Shown here piece after piece: positions 38,153 to 42,651 of a stretch of 42,651 nucleotides of DNA. Each line of letters opens with the position of its first letter. The first letter of the stretch is position 1. The position numbers and the translations under genes are program-made. Under the pieces are notes generated by a model. It saw only the letters and a list, made by a program, of their open reading frames with translations. It made no database searches and had not been told where the DNA came from. This DNA is from Rubrobacteraceae bacterium. Lineage in GTDB: Bacteria > Actinomycetota > Rubrobacteria > Rubrobacterales > Rubrobacteraceae. The DNA lies in assembly GCA_036388755.1 (NCBI GenBank), contig DASVRE010000257.1, positions 1 through 42,651 of the forward strand, read 5' to 3'.

Positions 38153-38299
38153 GTGAACAAGAGGAACCTAGCCTTCAAGCTCCTGGCAAACCCAAGGGTT
38201 CGCCGGACACTCACAAACCTCCTTAAGAACCAGCGCGTACGACGCGCGATCTTCAAGCAGATCGAACGCCGGATCCGCCACAGGTGGCTGGGCGGATGA
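38153..38299 (+). CDS. Small basic protein (48 aa) with LLxNxRVRR tandem repeat
   Basis: AGGAGGA RBS, GTG start; MNKRNLAFKLLANPRVRRTLTNLLKNQRVRRAIFKQIERRIRHRWLGG; not in the ORF track. Confidence 0.7.
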   Translation: MNKRNLAFKLLANPRVRRTLTNLLKNQRVRRAIFKQIERRIRHRWLGG

Positions 38300-38353
38300 G
38301 GCCCGCAAGAGGATCGGTCCCGTACCTGGCAGGTAGGTCTTTCTGTGGTGGCG

Positions 38354-38548
38354 CTACTCGTCCGCCAACAACCGCTCGAAGTCATCGTCGGTCAGCACGA
38401 GAGACCACTCGTGGGGACGTAGGGAAAGGTGCTGGGCACCGATCACCTCCAGCGCCCCGTCGGGGGCCATGCGAGCTCCGAGCACCGAGCCCTTAGGGTA
38501 TGGGCTGCCGCTGAAGTCGCGTACGGTCGTTGTGAGTTGTACCTTCGT
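38354..38548 (-). CDS. Possible small protein or remnant (ACG at the putative start)
   Basis: TKVQLTTTVRDFSGSPYPKGSVLG...HEWSLVLTDDDFERLLADE looks protein-like but has no canonical start codon at the expected position. Confidence 0.3.
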   Translation of the reverse strand, partial: TKVQLTTTVRDFSGSPYPKGSVLGARMAPDGALEVIGAQHLSLRPHEWSLVLTDDDFERLLADE

Positions 38549-38809
38549 AGGGAGGCTTGCGGGTCCTTTCGGTTGAGGTGCAGTGCCGGAGGGCGAAACT
38601 CCTTTTCTGATACTTGATCTGGAGACGCCACCTATTCGGCCGGCTTCTCGTTGGAGTGGACTCGTCCGGGGTACCCGGTCGAGCCCCCGTAACCAGCATC
38701 GCCCACAGCTGATGATAGGCCGGTCCTTTGTTGTACGTCGTCTACAAACTCCTAGTGTTTTGCTTCGGTACTTCCGATCACGATGAGTCTTCACGCTTTC
38801 AGCCCAACG

Positions 38810-39619
38810 GGCACGGGCTGACGGAGCCCGTTCAGCAGCCTTAGGGCCGCGCCGGAGGTGTTTGCGCAGAACGCGGCCTTGTTCTGGGTGCCTCTCATCC
38901 TGCTCTCGGCGATCTGCGCGTAGGGTTTTATGAACAACCTGAAAGTCTCGCAGGCCTCGCCCCGTGAGCAGGCCCCGTTGCCAGGCGCAAACACACTTGG
39001 GTCATGAGCTACCTCTGTGTTGTAACCTTTGGTTCCTTTGTAGGGTACTCTGCTAGCTTCCCGGTTCTCATATCCACCCAATTCCCGGAGTACGCGACCG
39101 CCTGGTTCGCCGCTCTGAGGACCGTCGTCGGGTCTGTGTCCCGGCCTATCGGGGAGTGGCTCTCGGATAAGGTCGGCGGCGCCCGCGTGACGTTCTGGAC
39201 GTACGTCGTCATGGCCCTGAGAGTCAGGGCTGTGCTCTTCTTTCTCGCCGCGGGGTCGTTCCTGGGCTTCTTTCTCGCGTTCATGGTCCTGTTTCTTACC
39301 ACCGACATCGGCAACGGATCGACTTACCGCATGATCCACTCCGTCTTCCGCACCGAGCGCGTGCGCGAGGCCGTGCACCGCGACGAGGGCGCGAGGACTG
39401 AAGCCGCGCCTCGGCCAGAAGGAGGGTTCCTTTGGGATCGGCTTCGTGGGCGTTATAGGAGCTTACGGGGGCTTCCTGGTTTCACAAGCCTACAAGTACT
39501 AGACCTCCACGTTCGGTGAACCTCAGGCGGCGCTGGTGACGTTCGTCGGCTTTTACGTCACATGCATGGTGGTGACTTGGTGGTTCTACAGCCGCCGGAA
39601 CACTGAGATACCCTGCTGA
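38810..39619 (+). pseudogene. narK: NarK-family nitrate/nitrite MFS transporter, 5'-truncated and frameshifted
   Basis: QNAALFWVP, MNNL, TFGSFVGYS, RPIGEWLSDKVGGARVT, IGNGSTYRMI, IGAYGGF, TWWFYSRRNTEIPC; internal stops and frameshifts. Confidence 0.88.
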
Positions 39620-39716
39620 GAAGAACGGGCAGTGAGGAGTAATATTTGCCGGCTCCCCGCTGTCGCCCTTCCCACTACCGCTGTACAGCGACCATCAATT
39701 AAAGGAGTAGTTCCTA

Positions 39717-40060
39717 GTGGCTTACACGACCGTGTTGCTGCAGACGATAACCGACACCGAGGGCGAGGGGTAGATTCGCCGCAGGATCTTAACCTGACGT
39801 ATAGCGTCTAGCAGGGATGTACCGCGGGCGTCCATTACGTCCGCGTGGGGAACACCACGGGGGGCATGATCAACGTCACTGTGCTCAGGAGTGGCCCGGC
39901 GATGCGCTACGTGCCCGTCGCGGCTGGGGGCGCCATACACGTGCCTCTGGCGATCGTCGACGAGCTGCAGTCGGGGACCGAGATCACTATCGCCGCCGCG
40001 GCCGAAGGTTGGGGAAAGCTGATTTTAGACGTCGGCTTCCTCGAAGTGAACACGTCTTGA
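39717..40060 (+). pseudogene. Small accessory protein of actinobacterial nitrate-assimilation clusters, decayed
   Basis: AAAGGAG RBS, GTG start; LLQ...GEG[frameshift]VDSP...TYSV*...YVRVGN...MRYVPV...IHVPLAIVDEL...LDVGFLEV. Confidence 0.65.
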
Positions 40061-40088
40061 AGAGTGGTAGAGTGCCCGGTAGCGCCAG

Positions 40089-41270
40089 TCAGCTCTCGAC
40101 GGAAGATCTGGTCCGTTCGGCGATGTCGCGGGCGACCTCGTAGGTCGAGTTGGTCTCCCGGTAGACCTCCAGCTGCCGGTCGGCTCCCGTTGGCATTTCG
40201 AGGATACGCGCTACCGTCGATAGGTCGCGCTTCGTCCGCGACTCCAGGTGCTCGAGCCAGCCGGTCAATACCTTTCGGGTCGGGATGCTCTCGTGCGAGT
40301 CGTGATCCACGAACTCGCCCTCCATACCGTAGCGCTGGGCGCTCCACTTGTTCTCCTCGATCTCACGGCTCGGGCGGATCGGGCGTAGCTCGCCCGACTC
40401 GTACTCTTCCTTGAGGGAGTCGCAGAGGGCGGCGGTCAGGGTTAGGAGCGCCTCGGTGCGCCACGGTTCGGTCTGGGCGTCGCAGGCGCGAAGCTCGACG
40501 GTGCCGATCTGGGGGGCCGGGCGGACGTCCCACCAGATCTCCCCAAGCTTTTTTATCGCACCCGAATGCTGCGCGAAGTCCACGTAGTCCGCGTATTCGT
40601 TCCACGAAAGGAGAGGGTCCGGGAGGCCGGCGCGGTGTATGGAGCGAGAGAAGATTAGGATCCGCGAGGACTGCATATCCGTGGTCTCACCCTGCCAGAA
40701 GGGTGAGTTAACCGAAAGGGCGAGCGTGTGCGGCACATACTCCCGAAGGCGGTTGTGCAGGTAGATGGCCTTCTCCCGCCCCCGCACGGCGTAGTGGGTG
40801 TGCAGCGCGAAGGTGTTGTTGCGCTTTATGAGCCAGCCGAGCCTCTCCTCAAGACGCCTGTAGTGGGGTTGGTCTATTATTCTTTGCTCGCGCCAGTCCC
40901 CTATGGGATGGGTCCCGCTGGTGCCTAGCACGCGTCCCAGTCGCTGCGCCTGTTCGAGCAGATACCGACGTCTCGATACCAGGTCTTCGAGCACCCCGGA
41001 GGGTTTCTCGTGAGCGCCCGTGTTTGATTCGATCTCGCAGTCTATGAGCTCCCCGGTGTGATGCCCCTCCGGGGCTGCGGCGAGTATCGCCTGGGCGCCG
41101 TCGGCAAGCTTTAGCGTGCGGGGATCCGCGAGCCAGAGCTCTTCTTCCGCACCTAGAGTGCCCTCCGGAACGTCTCTCTCGAAGGCGTACTCGGGGATCA
41201 GGGACGGCTCGTCGGCGCCGGTCGACACCCCTCGGTCTCGGCGTTTGTCGTATTTTTCTGCGGCGTTCAA
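40089..41270 (-). CDS. YbdK-family carboxylate-amine ligase (GCS2)
   Basis: TLGAEEE, EIESNT, GTHP, ALSVNSPFW, IWWDVRP, TVELRACD, ENKWSAQRYG; start is 41270 (TTG) or 41228 (GTG). Confidence 0.9.
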   Translation of the reverse strand: MNAAEKYDKRRDRGVSTGADEPSLIPEYAFERDVPEGTLGAEEELWLADPRTLKLADGAQAILAAAPEGHHTGELIDCEIESNTGAHEKPSGVLEDLVSRRRYLLEQAQRLGRVLGTSGTHPIGDWREQRIIDQPHYRRLEERLGWLIKRNNTFALHTHYAVRGREKAIYLHNRLREYVPHTLALSVNSPFWQGETTDMQSSRILIFSRSIHRAGLPDPLLSWNEYADYVDFAQHSGAIKKLGEIWWDVRPAPQIGTVELRACDAQTEPWRTEALLTLTAALCDSLKEEYESGELRPIRPSREIEENKWSAQRYGMEGEFVDHDSHESIPTRKVLTGWLEHLESRTKRDLSTVARILEMPTGADRQLEVYRETNSTYEVARDIAERTRSSVES

Positions 41271-41421
41271 TTTCCTCCAAGGGACTTCTTGTGTAGCCTT
41301 CGCCGGTCGTGCGGTCCGTAATTTTACCCCTCTATCCGCGCGACAAGCCGCGAACGGTTCGGCTGAAGGTAGGGTAAGGGTTAGAATGCCTGTTCTGGTT
41401 GAGTAGTAGAGGAGGTTTGGA

Positions 41422-41883
41422 GTGACCGCGGAGGTTGGACAGAAAGCCCCGGATTTCACGCTGCCCACCGACAGCTGGGACAACAAGGTGTCGCTGGAGA
41501 GCGCGAGGCGGGAAGGGCCGGTGGTCTTGTTCTTCTACCCCGGGGACTGGTCTAGCGTCTGCACGGACCAGATGGGACAGTTGCAACAGCAGATCGGACG
41601 CTTCGAGGAGAAGGGTGCAACGGTCCTGGGCATAAGCGTCGACTCGCCCTGGTCACACAAGGCCTGGGCCGAGGAGAGGGAAATACGCTTCCCGCTGCTC
41701 TCGGATTTTGGGCGCGAGGTGGTCGAGGACTACGGGGTCAAGCACGAGGCCGGCTTCCCGGAGCGGGCATACTTCGTAATAGACCGGGAAGGCGTCGTGC
41801 GGGCGAAGAGAGTCGAAGACTCCCCTGGCGACCAGCCGGAGGTTGAAGACGTCCTCGACGACCTCGAAAAGGCGCTCCAGTAA
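41422..41883 (+). CDS. 1-Cys peroxiredoxin (AhpC/TSA, AhpE-like)
   Basis: APDFTL, FYPGDWSSVCTDQ, GISVDS, PLLSDF, ERAYFVID; GAGGAGG RBS. Confidence 0.92.
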   Translation: MTAEVGQKAPDFTLPTDSWDNKVSLESARREGPVVLFFYPGDWSSVCTDQMGQLQQQIGRFEEKGATVLGISVDSPWSHKAWAEEREIRFPLLSDFGREVVEDYGVKHEAGFPERAYFVIDREGVVRAKRVEDSPGDQPEVEDVLDDLEKALQ

Positions 41884-41902
41884 TCTTCTTGAACGTAGTC
41901 TC

Positions 41903-42651
41903 GTGAGGGAGGGAAGCACGCCCGAACCGCGCGTTTCCTCACCTGCGGAGGTCACCTCCGCGGCGGCGAGCGCCCTGGTCCTGGGCTACAGCGCGCCGCT
42001 GCCGGGGACCGGCTCTCGCTACCTGGACGGTCCCGTGGCCCATGAGACGCGTCTCATGGGTATCCCCGCGCTTGCGGCGGCTGCCTCAGGTGCTGCGGGG
42101 CGCCCTGTCGGCGGGACCGTCCTGGAGGCGGTTCTGGGCTCCCTCTCACTCGCCGGACACGCGGACTTGCGGGCCGCAGGGTACCTGACGCCGCTGGCGC
42201 GCGCGGCGCTGCTTGGGGAGCGTCTGGGGAAGGTTCTGGCCGGGCTCTCGCACGAGGACATACGCCCCTTTGCCCGAGCGCTCGAGGCGGCTGACTCGGG
42301 GCACCAGGGGCAGCCTCGCACCCGAACTTACCGGTCTGGAAGACGGGCCGGTACGCTTGCCAGCGCGCTCGACTTCGCTGCGGGGGCGGGGCAAGGTGCG
42401 ACGCTCCGAGACGCGATGCGCTTCGCCGCCGCGGAGGGCCCCGGGGATCCCATGGCCCGCGAGTACGTAAAAAACTTCGAGGTTACCCTCGGTCTCGCCC
42501 GACCCGCCCTCTCAAACGCCCTGACCCGCGTTGAGTCGACTCGGCCCGCGCTCGTGCAGGCGTACCTGGAGATACTCGCCGAGGTACCCGACCTCGACGC
42601 GGCGCGCAGGGCAGGCCTCGGAGAGGCCGAGGAGGTCTCCCGAATGGCGCA
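41903..42651 (+). CDS. CitG-like (triphosphoribosyl-dephospho-CoA synthase fold) protein, divergent; runs off window
   Basis: Open frame to the window end: SAPLPGTGSRY, TLRDAMRFAA, DPMAREYVKNFEVT, VQAYLEILAEVPD, AEEVSRMA. Confidence 0.7.
   Translation, partial: MREGSTPEPRVSSPAEVTSAAASALVLGYSAPLPGTGSRYLDGPVAHETRLMGIPALAAAASGAAGRPVGGTVLEAVLGSLSLAGHADLRAAGYLTPLARAALLGERLGKVLAGLSHEDIRPFARALEAADSGHQGQPRTRTYRSGRRAGTLASALDFAAGAGQGATLRDAMRFAAAEGPGDPMAREYVKNFEVTLGLARPALSNALTRVESTRPALVQAYLEILAEVPDLDAARRAGLGEAEEVSRMA

Noticed and set aside
38731-38747. TTGTA-n7-TACAA inverted repeat near the narK remnant
   Set aside because: Spacing matches neither the TnrA/GlnR nor the NtcA box, and narK's true promoter region is deleted
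1-42651. Many long antisense or alternate-frame ORFs; CRISPR, IS, prophage or rRNA/tRNA genes
   Set aside because: The shadow ORFs are R/P/G-rich artefacts of high GC3; no repeat-spacer array, transposase, integrase or structural RNA gene was seen

Overview
High-GC (roughly 60-65% by eye) actinobacterial chromosomal segment. Gene content, protein style and many leaderless TANNNT promoters suggest a Rubrobacter-like organism (inference). Most of it is housekeeping: a P450 3' end, GST, a his operon (hisZ-G-D ... hisB-H-A) split by a GNAT gene and an opposite-strand HipA-like kinase/DUF3037 pair, mqnD, class A PBP, ACT-malic enzyme, NDH-2-like oxidoreductase, AI-2E transporter, NodIJ-like ABC exporter with a UDG, a sortase plus LPxT-tailed substrate, an orphan sensor kinase, pepA-MBL-moaB, glnA, topoisomerase IB, YbdK ligase, peroxiredoxin and a divergent CitG-like gene. 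Several decayed genes are present: Yip1-like, cupredoxin, narK and a nitrate-cluster accessory gene. No rRNA, tRNA, CRISPR or transposase was seen. The best novelty candidates are the kinase/DUF3037 module, a cupredoxin plus His-N-terminal membrane protein pair (possible copper system), a pseudoknot-capable leader RNA at about 17.8 kb, a phased TGTACA repeat upstream of glnA, a 3Cys-1His ferredoxin, a 48-aa basic repeat protein (not in the ORF track) after topo IB, and a secreted Q/N-rich amyloid-like protein. All family calls come from motif recognition, not from database searches.
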